A stretch of DNA of 63,321 nt, the filler included, from Klebsormidium nitens (lineage: Eukaryota > Plantae > Klebsormidiophyceae), in assembly GCA_000708835.1 (NCBI GenBank). It is 3 parts of 3 records of this genome, joined end to end, with 100 filler letters (N's around TTAATTAATTAA, not from the genome) between each part and the next. Parts side by side here need not be neighbours in the genome. Positions count along the whole stretch, not along the records: positions 1 to 20,283 come from DF237920.1; positions 20,384 to 43,280 come from DF237885.1; 1 more part is not named here. One strand, given 5' to 3'. Below the pieces are notes generated by a model. That model searched no databases, was not told the DNA's origin, and saw only the letters and a list, made by a program, of their open reading frames with translations. Position 1 is the first letter of the stretch. The number at the start of each line of letters is the position of its first letter. A program made the translations under genes and the position numbers. Positions 14,001 to 27,000 of this stretch are shown here, piece after piece.

Positions 14001-17000
14001 CCCCAACGTCAACCTCGTCCACGAGAGCATCCGACGATCTTACATTTACACTCTCAAAATCTTCTGCGTCTTCTGAAGCCCGTCTGTTTTCCACGTGCCT
14101 TCCCTGCAGCTCTCCTGCTTCGCCCTCTTGTACCCCTGCATCATCCTGACCTACTTTGGCCAGACAGCTTACCTTCTGAAACACCCGGAGAACGTCGGCA
14201 GCACGTACTACAAGTCGCTGCCTCATGGGACGTTCTGGCCGATGTTCATTCTCGCCACGCTGGCCGCCATAGTCGCCAGCCAAGCGCTCATCTCTGCCAG
14301 CTTCCAGATCGTGTACCAGGCGATTGCCCAGGTAAGAAGGTGCAGGGGAAACAGTTTGGCAGTCCTGAAATGGCGACTCTGATTGCGATTGTACGAGGAG
14401 TTTTGGCGTACCCGAGACTCCTTGAATGCCGAAAGTCCCTGAAGGTGCCATTAACTGGGATTGTGAATTCGCAGGCTTGCTACATCGAGGTCGAGCGCAC
14501 CCTCGCCGTTTTAGCGCGTCTGGTCAACATTCGTTGCCCTCAAGTGTGCCCGCACAGTTGCGACTTGTTTTTTTGACGAGTTGATGACACGGGCTCTGCT
14601 GTTCTCCACCCGCAGGGGTTCTTCCCCCGGTTCCACGTGGTTCACACCAGCAGGAAGATCTTGGGCCAAGTCTACATCCCCCTCGTGAACTACATGCTGA
14701 TGACGCTCACCCTAGTTGTGGTGGGCATCTTTCAGAAGTCAGCGAAACTGGGGCAAGCGTACGGTAAGCATACCAATTATTGGTTCTGACGGTTTTCTAT
14801 TTGCATCAAGACTGGACAGAGTTACAGAGACTCGTTGCCGCTCTTTGTGGTACCGTTTAGACCGCTGGAATCAGCTTAATGTACGCATAACCTCGAATCG
14901 CCGTTCCTAAGATGGCAGGCAGTAGCTCGGACTTTGCTGTAGAGATGGTGCAGCACACGCTCACAAAAGTATCATTCAATTCAAAGAACATACGAGCGGG
15001 ACGGAAGATAGTCGTGGAAGGCAAAGATAAAGTCTGGAGGGAGTGTCAGCGGAGGGATTTTGGACTCAATTTTGGAATCAATGGTAATATTCCTTCTCAC
15101 TTGGTGTAGGGCTCGCTGTTATCACCGACATGGTGCTGACCACCCATTTCATGACGCTGGTCATCCTAACCGTTTGGCGGCGACCGCTCTACGAGGGACT
15201 GGTCTTCTACTTCTTCTTCCTGCTCGTCGAAGGCAGTTTCCTGTCATCGACCATCGAGAAGATCCCCAAAGGTAAGCATGTTCATCAGAGTTTTAGAGAA
15301 TCTATCTGAGAGCATCGAGGCCCAACATTCCTCAGGATTTCGCTCACCCAACAGATGGCGGGGTCAGTACGGCATCTTGCTCGGCGCGGGTTACAGCCAG
15401 GCTGGCTTGAGAACGCAACTATACAGGCGGAACGCTCAATTGCGACATGACTGAGGAATAAGCGGGGAGACTGCAACAATTGTCCATCTTGTCAACGTCG
15501 ACAGATTGACGGCTCCGATATGCTCTTGCAAGAGCAGGGGCCCAAGCTTACATATCTGGGTGCTGATAGCTAACGCCCAAATGCATATCCAGACCGGCTT
15601 CATTACATGAAGGTTGGACGGCTGTGACACCATTACGGCCATTTCAGAACTGTGCGCTCCGCCTGTATGTCATTGCATCTTGCGATGATCTTCGTCGGAG
15701 ACTGGTTCATGGCGCGCTTCTGACCTGATTTGTGCGCTCCCTGCAGGCGGTTGGTTCTCCATCATGATGGCCCTCATCTACGCCGCCATCATGTTGTGGT
15801 GGTACTGGGGGTCCAGCCACAAGCGCGCTTTCTTCCACACCAAGCTGATGCCCAAGCTGGACAGGTTCTTCCGGGTCAAGGTGGCAGAGGACAGTAAAGG
15901 TAGGTGTGCTCTTCTTAGCTTTTCCGACACTTCCATCTCCACTTGTGCTTGGAAGTTACGCTTAGTACATACGTGTAAGCGCAGGACTCCCACAGGACCT
16001 AGAGTGTTGTTCCCGTGTACGTTAATCGCCTGCAATTCTTGTGGTTGTCAAACGGCTGACATACTTGCCGGTGAGACGTCGCCAGCACCGTTTCAAGTTG
16101 CATGTCTTGTAGCAGAATCTGCTGCGGAAGGGTGCGGTTCACCAGCCGTTTGCCGTGATCCTTGGCCGTGCCCGCTTCGACAATTCTGGGTTCAGCTTGC
16201 GCTGTGGGCTCCGATCCGACTTTTCTCAGAATTTGCAAGGTTCTATCGCCGCTATCTCGTCAAACCTTGACTCGTTTCTTCTGCACTTTCAATGGCTCCC
16301 GCTGATGACCAGAAGGCATTTTCTTCGTTGATCTGCAGATGAGCAGCTTTTCATCGCCAAGTCCGACACTCGCGTCTTGCGCTCTCCCGGGCTCGGCCTC
16401 TACTACTCCGACAGCATCTTCGGCACTCCCCCGGTGCTTGTTCAGCACCTCAAGTCGTTCCCCATCATCCACGAGGTCGTCATCTTCATGACCAACCGCT
16501 TCGTTCCGGTTCCGGAGGTGCTTCCGGCGGAACGATTCCTCATCGAGCAGCTTGGCGTCGGAGGCTTTTACCACTGCATCGCACGGTAAGCGTTCGCCTT
16601 CGCAACCCAAACAACCCAAACAATGCCGTTGAATCTTATGCAGAGCCGATCCTTGACTTGAGGCTTGCACCTGGTGAATATGTTCTCGGTGCTTGTATCT
16701 TCGGCAGTCTCGCTTTTGAGCCTCTTAGCGAAGCTGCAAGCGTGGGCACTTCAAACCTGTCGTTCGCAAACCCCAATCAACCCAGACGGAACCTTTGCTT
16801 GTGAAGTGCCGCGGCGGGGCGTGTTTCAAGCGCTCGCTTGATTCCCGCTTGCTTGTACTGAACACTTTTCAGCCTCTATACTGTTTCCTGTCTGTTGCCT
16901 TGCAAAGGTAATCAAAGAAAGCGGATTTGAACTGTTGTCTGACGGAGGCTAAACAACGCTCATTTTCAAAGCCCATATTTTTCTGGCAGGTACGGTTACA

Positions 17001-19858
17001 TGGACCGGGTACAGCAGGGAACCGACTTCGCGGAGACGGTCCTTCAGCACATTCTAATCCTGCTGACGGATTCATTGAAGGAGGCTGTGAGCGACAACGG
17101 GGCTTACAGGATGCGCAGCCCCACTGACACATGGGGTAGCCTGGACTTCAGCCATCACGGAAATCAAAGTGAGGCTGCGATGAGACATTCTGGCACGATT
17201 GGTCGAGTAAAAGCTTCGGTACTTCGTCGGTAAATCGTCTTGAAGTTGCTTCTGTGATACTTCTGTGCTGATGCGCGGTCGGAAGCTTTCAGTAAGAGAC
17301 AAACGAGACCCGCACAGCAAGAGACTATTGTTGTCACTGTCCTTTTCTACTTGTCGATTACTTGGCGCGATCAAGGTTCAAGTCCTGTTCCGAAGTGGGC
17401 CAACCGCTCTATGTGCAAGATCTGTTGGGCTGACTTTGGTAGCCTCTGTGCGGCCAGCTGGAGGCTGCATCCGGCTGCATCCGGCTGACAAGTTCCTTCC
17501 TAACCCTTCTGCAGCAAGCGTTCAGAAGCATGCGTTGAGAACTTTTAGCGACCTGAACCGGTTGCTGACTCAGTGCCTCATGCCTCCAGATTCGCTGCGG
17601 TCCATCCGAGAGACTGCTCCCGTCACGCACCCGCCGCCCCCACCTGCTGACGTCAGCATCATGATCCCTCCCGAAGTCGAACGGCGGAAGGCCACCCCTT
17701 CATCGACCCCTTCATCCTCTGCGTATGGGGACCTTGAGATGCAGCAGCTCGACGCGGTGGCAAACGGATCGCAGGTCAGGAAGCCATGGCTGCGCTTGAC
17801 GTAGTAGTTGAATCTTCTTTGTCCTGCTTCTCTACTTCAAACACCATCTGCTGGAAGACTTTGTATTATTTTGACCATTCTGACCCAGCCGTAGGATACG
17901 ACTCCGACGAGAACGCAGCGTTTCTCTGTCCCGTTGAACACCTTCAACGATACAGCTCTTTGCGTCAAACCACTCTACTTTTGGTCCGCAATCTTGAGCC
18001 GTCGGATGCCAGTTCGTCGTCAAAACGCACGGTCCAAGATCAGGATCCATGCTCCGAGCATCTGGTATCCGATGGCAAGTTCGACGCAAACAGCTGTGGC
18101 CCAATGCTTCGCCCGTTGCTCAACGTGAAGGCCCCACGTCTTCCCTGCGCAGATCAATGACGAGCAGGACTTCACCTCCGAGAACGAGAACACAGTCGGC
18201 TCCGCGAAGGACCTGTCGCTCCCCGCGAATCCGGAGGTACGGTGGGGCGCTGCGGATTTCTCCTTGGGGCGGGTCGCGGGGGAGGCGCTTAGGAAGCTGG
18301 ACGAGGCGACCAAGGAGTGGCTGGACGAAGTAGTGGACAAGCTGGCGGACGCGGAGCGGGTAAGCGCCGCGCTGACTGAATCATCGACAGTGGGTTTATT
18401 TCGCTACATGAGTTAGGTGGCTGCCAGGGGATGGATAGGGTAATTTTGGGGGGTACGGGTGCGGACATGTTAAAATCTGCGTTTTTAGACCTCTGCTTTG
18501 CGTGAAATCAGAGGTCTCGTTGATTTTCTTGGGCAGAAGGATTTGGTACTGTGCGGTCTGATGATGCATTGGCTGTAAACCAGGCGGGATATGTTTGTTT
18601 CCGGGAGCAGAAGGCGAGTATTTGGGTTCCGAACGTGGTTCGTGGGATAGTGACCGTGACACTCTGCGGACACTCAACAAAATTCTCGCTTTGCATCCGG
18701 AACCCCGTTTACATGTTTTTGCGGAGAGCCCAGCAGTTGGATGAAAAATCAAATCTAAGGAGACCACTGTGTAAAGCAGACGAGGTGTATCGGTCTTGAA
18801 GGCGCAGAGCTCGCAGTAAGTTTGTTTTGCAGAAAAGGTTCTGTGGTCTTCCCTACGCACGTTTCAGTGACTCGTGAAGTGTTCCATAAGATGTCCTGCC
18901 TGGCTCTGCTCACGCATTTCACAAGCAAAGCGTTGATGCAGAGCATATAGTACGGGCCAGGATGAACGAAACGCCACAGTTTGTAACCCATTGCACCTTA
19001 TCACCCGACTTGCAGCACTCAGGAAAATCCAGAAGGTTCTTTGGGTTCCTTGTCAGCTCGACCAGCCTGCATACCCCTCTAGAATAGAGTGGTTATAGTA
19101 AGAACGAAGCCAACACTAGAAACCTAATTCCAAATAATCACCCGCTCCGCACCCGTATCCGCACCGACCAATCATACCCGTCCCAGTTTCATAACTTGAG
19201 CTTAGTTTACCTATCCTAGAGACCCATCCAGCTTAGCTGACATTCATCATTTTGCCACACCAGGTACCGTCCCGGCACAAGCGCGCTGCGGTACTGGCGA
19301 AGGAGATCAGGCTGGTCCGGAAGGCGCGCGACTCCCAGCACGTCGTCTACATGCTGGGCAGGGCGACCCCACAGATCGCGGAGAAGCCGACCAACATCTT
19401 CAAGCGACTCTTCCTCGAGATCCCCTACCTGGTAAGGATTGTGCCAATCTAGTATCTCGGTCGTAATCGGGCTGAGGCTGAGGCGTTGTGGCTCGTGTGT
19501 CGACCGTTCGCTTGTGGTTCTGGCCACGCAGCTGAGGCTCACTTTGATTTCAAGTGTCGTTCCTACGAGGTTTACTAAGTCTATCCTTCTCCGCAGACTG
19601 GGTGGTCGAGATTGCCGGATTGCCTTTTGATGTTGTACACGAGTACAGGCTCAATTTTACCGCTCATACCTGCGTGCAGAACGGGTTTCGTGCCACGGTG
19701 TTCTCTGCACTTGATGAACTTTCAGCCAAGTTTTCCTCACTCTAGTCGTAACATATCTCTTGCAGATTCTCGTCAACAATTTCCACTCCGATGCTGCCAA
19801 GACCTACAACATCCCGCAAGACAAGCTGTACGAGGTTGGGATGCAATACAAGATCTAG
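11014..19858 (+). CDS. KUP: KUP/HAK/KT potassium transporter, 16 exons, about 924 aa
   Basis: Exons 11014-11220, 11886-11918, 12157-12181, 12428-12545, 12799-13094, 13402-13766, 14110-14331, 14616-14763, 15110-15271, 15747-15899, 16339-16585, 16990-17135, 17590-17774, 18153-18359, 19264-19431 and 19766-19858. Signatures: IGVVYGDIGTSPLYVY, ADDNGNGGTFALYSLL, GDGVLTPAISV, GVEALFADLGHF, GQVYIPLVNY, ARYGYMD, LYEVGMQYKI. The 17.1-18.4 kb exons are less certain. Confidence 0.95.
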
Positions 19859-20283
19859 CTTACTTCGTACAGCTCATGTAAACAACTGAGATCGAGCTGA
19901 TTTTTAGCAGCGGCCGGTTGAAATGGACCGACGTTGATGTCTTAGATAGTGTTACTGGGAAGTTGTTGGCTCTCTCATAGGATGCCCTTTTAGGAAAGTG
20001 CAACCAATAATTCGACACTTAGTAAAAAGACAGCTATCCTTTTGACCCGTTCCTATTAGTGGTCGGTAGTTAATACTGGGTCCTCGGTTGCTTTGTTGAC
20101 TCGCAATTGGAATCCCTTATTGCTATTTCGTAACTCTGCAGCAGACAAAGCTACGAAAGATTGTGAAAGATTGTCGTATGCATATCGTATCATTTGTATA
20201 CGGAGTGGAGGATTGCTTGCCAACTCTCTCGTTAGACAAAATCGTAGTTCGACAGCATGCATGCGGTATGACAGATCATCTTA

Positions 20284-20383
20284 NNNNNNNNNNNNNNNNN
20301 NNNNNNNNNNNNNNNNNNNNNNNNNNNTTAATTAATTAANNNNNNNNNNNNNNNNNNNNNNNNNNNNNNNNNNNNNNNNNNNN
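20284..20383. other. 100-bp scaffold gap with artificial TTAATTAATTAA linker (20328-20339)
   Basis: N run with a central six-frame-stop palindrome. An identical construct lies at 43281-43380. Confidence 0.95.
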
Positions 20384-21069
20384 TCGCCGAAGATAACGAG
20401 CAATTTCGCCGATTTTAAATTCTGACTCGGTAATTAAACTTCCGTCCGGACGATCGACAGAACTCTCCCGACTCCTCCGGTCAATTGTCCTGACGATCTC
20501 CGGTCAAATGATAGACCTACCCTCCAATCGTCCGGAGGGCCCCAACCTCATATAAGTAGCCTGTGGCCGGCCCCATGTCGGATCAGTCAATGTTCCGACC
20601 AATGCATCATGAGAGACGGACGTGGTTGGCTAGCTAGGTGCGGCGGTCATCTGCGTGCCGCCTCTTCCCAGACTTTTGCAAGTCCTGTAGGTCTTTCGAC
20701 CCTAGTACGGTTGGTTTAAGCACAGTTTGTGGAACAACTTGAAACTTTTGAGTCCAACATGAAACACAGTGATTGGACGAGGATAAAACTTAGGAGGGCA
20801 ACTTAGCTTTTATATGTTCCGCCCACATATGGTAGCTTGAGCAATAAGTTGAGCACGACATGCCGGAACTCTGACCGCGTTGCTGATTGGTCCAACCAGT
20901 GTCAACGATAAGATTTCGTCTTATAATCCGTACACTTGATAGCAAGAAATTAAAACCAATTCAATATATCCCCACTGTCAATAAAGTAGAGCCGATCAGC
21001 CGTCCCTGCATCATGCAAGCAACCTCAATATTGATAAAAAGTACAAAATTATGTGCGAACCTATCCGCC

Positions 21070-24000
21070 CTAAATAGGGAAGAGGTAGTAGATATATACA
21101 AGAAGCCAAAGCGTGACGGAGAAGAGGGCGCAGATGTGCTCCCAGAAGAGCGCAGCAGAGATCTCCTTCTCTCCATACCCACGAAGTGTAGCCGCCGTAC
21201 CTGCATATCATAGAGGATGCGCAGTTGATTCTGAGGTCTTTCGGCTGCGACACTTTGTCCTATGCAAAAAGTACAATTTGATTCGGCCTTGCTTTCAATC
21301 GGAAAAGCACGGACGATAAGCGATTCGGCAACAAGGATTTGCGGCGAAAGCACTGATCTTGAAATCCAATTCCACGAGTGAAAGACATGCATCTCGGCAA
21401 AGTTTATTCTACGGATCAAATTGAAGCGCTACTGCTTGCAAGCCACATGGTAACCATTAAGCATCCACTTCTGATTGGTGCAGCAGGGAGACCAGTTGTA
21501 TATCTCGCTTTCCTCGAGGAATAGTCCAACTCGAGTTGGAAGCGTCAACCCCTTAGCTTCAACGCAACAGAACCCAGCTCAAAGCCAGAGACTGTTGAAG
21601 TATCCAAAGGTCAGCTCTAAGGGTCAATTACCGGTCTGAAAGGGTTCAGGCATGACGTGTTCGAAGCGATATGACCATTATATCATTTGCGAGCAGCAGC
21701 CCAGAGCACTCCATGAAACTCTCGGTTCCAGAGGTCGAGAGACCTTGCGTTTCAGAATTGAAAGCTACTCACCGACTTGGATAAACGTAGGCATGGTATG
21801 TTGCAGCAGAAGAGCGAATGTACAAATTTGTCTTCAACACGGAAAGAGCCCAAAGTCCTTCACGCCTTTCTCAACATGGTTTTTGAGTCCTAAGATTGGA
21901 GTTACTCAACGACATTGAATGACGTAGGCATGGTGAGTTGCGGCAGTAAATCCACTGTAGCATGCCCATCTTGGTTTCCACGACGAGGCCCGAACTGCTC
22001 TGCAAGATTTCGTTCTCAAAATAAAAGCAGCTTCTAGGAATACTCACCGACTTGGATGGATGTAGGCATAGTATGTTGCAGTAAAAGCACGAATATGTAC
22101 ATCTTGTCTTCCACGAGGAGCAGCCCCAAGTGCTTGGCGGTCAGCACGAAACACATGCCGAGCGCAGGCAGCACCACCAGGCGCATAATGCAGATCCCCA
22201 CCATAGTTGCGCTGTTCAGATCCGACGCGCCGGGACCTGCCGGAATGAGAAACGTTCAGTGCCGGAACTTAAAACGGATAACCGGGAGTTTGTCATTCTG
22301 TGTGTCCCTGCGTTCTAAGTTTACTGTAATGTCTGCAGAAGCACACCAGGCGCGTCACGCAAATTTCCACCATAGTCGCGCTGTTCAGATCCGATGCGCC
22401 GGGACCTGCCGGAATAAGAAACGTCAGTGGCTGAGGTTTCGGACTTGAGGACCGACTGGATTGTATTCTCAAGTTTGCAAAGAGTCGCAAAACCTAACCG
22501 GCGCGTCAAGTAGATGTCAACCGTAATGGCGCTGTTCAGAGTCGATGGGCTAAGACCTGCCAAGACTGGAAAACGTCAGGGGCGGTTCTGGAGTTGCGTG
22601 GGGCTAAAAAGTGTGTTCGCGAACGAAACATTGCACTCTTTCGAGTGAGAAGTCACCCAGTGTCTAGTAAGACCTTGGATTAAACTGCGCCCGGATCAAG
22701 CGCCACCAGAAGCGTAACACAGAAGCCCACCGTACTCGCCCTCTTCAGATTCGATGTGCCATACTGCCAAATCGTCAGTGGCGTAACCTCTGGACCGAGT
22801 AGGTGAAAGGTGTAATCGTAGGTGACGTTTTTGCGTTCTCGTAGAGTTGTATAAGAATTTTCAGCAACACCAACCGTCCTATGCAGATGCCCATCATAGT
22901 GAAGCTGTTCAGATGGGATGCGCTAAGACCTGTCGAACTGCAAGAGGTTGAACTGGCCGAAGCAGAGTGGCGGAGGCTATGCTTAAAGGTAAAGCGTTAT
23001 CGCTCTTGGATGATCGAACTCGAGAAAACCAAAACGTGCATCCCGGGGTCTACCTCTTTTTAGGGGTAGCCCCAGGTCAAAGAAGCACGACTGGCTGGCG
23101 CGTTGATGACTAAATGGAAAGACGCGATCCGATAAACCCTCATGGCGCTCCAAACAAGACGCCCAATGTTGTCGCATCCTTGGAAACAGCGCGCCGGCAG
23201 CTCGCGAGAGACTGAACGGTCAGCATCTTTTCAAATGCATTCTGAGCTTGTAGTGTGGGTCGAAACGCGTTTTGAATTCGAGAACGCACACATGGAAATC
23301 TGATGTCAGATTCTGAGAGGCCCGCAACCCAGTATGAAGAAAAGAGGGGCCTGCGAAACTTCCGCCTACCTCAAAAATGAAAACAACAAAATATTGGAAG
23401 TGGAGAGGAGTGGTAAAAACTAGTGGGCCCGAAACAGACTCGACTGTGCAGCTAGCTCGGAACGCTGTCTGAGATTGCCCGCAGTGGACAGAGGCAGCAT
23501 TTGTAGAATCCATCTAGTAGCAAAGGAATCCACGCCACCACCGGTGTGCAAGACAAAAAGGTCCAAAAAAGTAAAGAGCCCTTACCGCCGCCTAGATTGC
23601 CTCCCAACACCAGGATAAGGCACGGAATCATCGCTTGCCTGTCAAAAAAGCGAAACGAGTTTGATGTCATGTACGGGTCGGCTCGCAAGTTCGCTTTAAG
23701 TGCTCTGCGTTTGTCAGCCCTCGTCAATTTATTCGTTGCATTTCACCATTTGCGAGCTACAGCGCCCGTCACAAGGGGTTGCAAAATGCGTCGCGGATTG
23801 AGGAGAGCGGTCGCGCCGCTCCTCATTTTATGTCAGCAGGATGAAATCAAACGAGTTAGCCGCAATTCGGAGTCAACAGAGAAGACGTGCTTCGAGCCAG
23901 TGAAGGACCTCAACGATTACAAAGAGAGCATAGTTGCTGAAGGAAGACCTCTTGTCTGTTTTAGCAGGTAAATTAGCGACGTATTTACGCCTGGCTGATC

Positions 24001-27000
24001 TCAATAATGCGAGCCCTTAAATGATTTCTGACGCAGTCCGAGCGATTCCGGAGACAAGGAAAAGTCAAAGCCTTTCAGCCACGTTTCCGTAAACTAGAAT
24101 GTCCTCCCCCTTGGAAGTTCTGCGATGGAGGGTTAAGTACGGGGTTAAGAATGTCCCGTTTTCGCAGTAGGGAATTTGCTGGGGGTAGTAGGGGGGTTAG
24201 TAGCTCAAGTTTCGATCTCGGTCAATGCGGTCAACCCGGTAAGGGTTTCGGCCAATAGGATCACGATCACTTACCATTTTTGGAACATGTCATGTCAATA
24301 AGGGAGGCAAACAGTAAGGAGCTCATCCGCAGAGTGCCACGTTCGCTTGAAGCTTGACCAATGAGTGGACACCAACTCGCCACGTGTCACGAGGTCAGAT
24401 GAAAGGCTGACGTGCCTCACCCAATGATCGAGACGGAATCCGTGACGACCCGGAACGGTCCGTAGGTGTCAAACAGCGCCCACTTGAGCGGCGGAATGGC
24501 ACCCACGAAAAGTGCGGCCAACTGCGCAGAAAAAAACTTTTATTCTCAGAAACCATTAAATTTTCGGTCACAATGAGCGTACACCCTCAGAACCGGCGCC
24601 TTTGTAAAGCGAGAGAGTGTGCGTAGCCAACCGCAGGAGGTTGTCCTCAAAAGGCAACACAATGGGTGGACAAGCCTGCTATCAGGTCGCCGCCAATGAA
24701 CCGGTCTTTCGACACCCGCTGCGTTCTGGACACCGGGCCGTCACGCGGGCAGCATTTCCCGGATTGTAACGACAGTGCATTCTCGGAAACGTAATCGTCC
24801 TCCCTTAACTGCAACGTGTATTTGTCTGTCGCAGAATGGAAAGTGCGTTCGCAACTCCAAATCCTGCCTTAGATTCTCTCCTGTGAATGGTAACCGTCCC
24901 AGGAAGCCAATGAAACATGATTCGCGCTTACGTGTATTCCAAGAAAAATGGTAGCATTGCTCGAACGAGCAGCGAAAAAGAGTCAACGAGCGACGGAAAG
25001 CTCACCGAGAGTGCGACTCAATGCAGAACTGTGTGCAGAAAGCAGAAGAAAACCAAAGACGTTTGCGGAACTCACCGCGCCGGCGATCGGCGGCCGCATG
25101 ATTTGATGCAGCCGCAAGAGCTTCGCGAAGCTCTTGACCTGCAGGACCGCGGGTCTAGGGAATTGGTTAAGAATGGTTCAGAATCGACTATCAGGGTTTA
25201 CAGAGATACCGTGTCAAACGCTTCAGTACCAGCAGAAGGTGATGCACCAGGGGCTTCAAGAGAATTCTGAATTCCTGGCGCGCTATCTTTAGAACCCAGA
25301 TTTCCGATTCTAGCTGTAAACCCAAGAAGGAAAGGAACAGTTTGCTCTAGCGTTCTGTGAAGGGTCTAGTCTGCTAGCGAACCCATCCTCAATGAGAAGG
25401 ACGCGCATGCCATCAGTGCACCCATCACAACGAACCCAACCCTCGTATTCAAATCGGACAGATCCGCCCCACATCTTTGGACATGCTTCAGGTTGGCTTG
25501 CGCTTCCCGGCCTAATAAAACGAGCGCAGGCTCACAGAGTCTTACACGGTCACAGGACCAAAGCTGTCAAACCGTGTCCTGACTTGGATTGTAACAGATA
25601 GGCAGAGGGACCTGCAGGCCCATGTTACTGACGCATTAAGAGGAACCTGGACCTTTAACCCTAGAACGAGACCGTTTCACTTGCCCCACCTTTTCGTAAA
25701 CGCTCCGGGTTAGTTTGCGCTCTGAATCCTCGAGCAGCGGGGCATGCAACCTACACGACCTTCAAACCATCGCCCTTGACTAAAATTTTGACCCACCTTT
25801 TTGTAAACGCTTCGGGTTAGTTTGCGGCTCCGAGTCGAAAAGCGGGGCGCGCAGGACCTTAAAATCAACACAACAGGGGGACCTGAGCCTCCTCAACCTA
25901 TCCCTTAACCCGCCCTTAACCCCGAAACCTCATCCCTTAACCCAGACCGTTTCGACCCACCTTTTTGTAGAGGCTTCGGGTTAACTTGCGCTCTGAGTCG
26001 TCGAGCAGCGGGGCGCGCAACCCGGTCGCGACGGAGAGGCGGCGGCGCGGCGTGGTCCCCATGCGGAGGGAGTGCTCCGCGGGGAGTTGGAGGGAGTCGT
26101 ACACAAGCGTCCACAGAATGATGGCGAGCGGCTGAGGGGACGATTCCAAGTATATTCTACTTTTTGCTTATTCCAGATTTGGAAAAGTCGCTTCCTTGCT
26201 TCCTCCCGTCTCTTGTGCGTCTCAGGGTGACAGAGCTCTGATTGGTGGTTATTCAACAAACATCGACGTTTCAGAGATCACGGGTTGGTTTGAATCTGCA
26301 TCCGGAACTCGGTTCGTGGATGGTCGGTTTTGTGGACAGAACGATGGCCAATAGCGGGAGAGAAACAAATTTGCTGATTCAGTTTCAGTACTCGACGTAA
26401 TGAGAATTGATTTTGGGAGTGTTGACGAGTCAAGAATTTTGATGTGGCATCATAGCTCTACGTCCGGATCAAACGGACTTTGAAAGAGCAAGTAAAGGGC
26501 ACGTAGGGTCGAAACAGGGGCTCGAACCATTCAACGCACGAAACCGGGGCTTGAACGATTTTGATTGTCGGTCCTTCCTGGTGTCAGGCAAACCGCCCCA
26601 ACAAAATGGTTTGACCGAGCGCTTTTAACGAGCCTGGCGAATTGTTCTTTCCAACTCTGTTGCAGTGAGAGTGATGTAGGTTATGGGTCCTTAAACGGCG
26701 AAACAAGAAGAAGTTGCGAGGCAAAAGCAAAGAAACAGGAAAGCGACAGGAAACGCGCGAAGTCGTATTCTTGGCAACTCACCCACATCCCAAAAGCAAC
26801 GTAAGATACGCCCCTGGCAAGACATGAAGCGGTGTCACCGAACGGGTTCGACGGGTCTTGGCACACGGCGGTCACCAGAACCAACGGCAGGTTGCCCATG
26901 TTACCTGAAATTGAAGGAAGCAGATAGTTTTGAAGACCTGGCGTTGATTGTGCCGTTCATCAGTGGGAAGGACTTGGCTTTCAGCCGCCATGAGATGTGC

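Noticed and set aside
19597-19745. Alternative KUP terminal exon after the CGCAG at 19596
   Set aside because: It does not give the conserved C-terminal LYEVGM motif, whereas the exon at 19766 does.
20328-20339. Perfect palindrome TTAATTAATTAA inside N runs (also 43325-43336)
   Set aside because: Identical and centred in 100-bp gaps, so an assembly linker with stops in all frames rather than biology.
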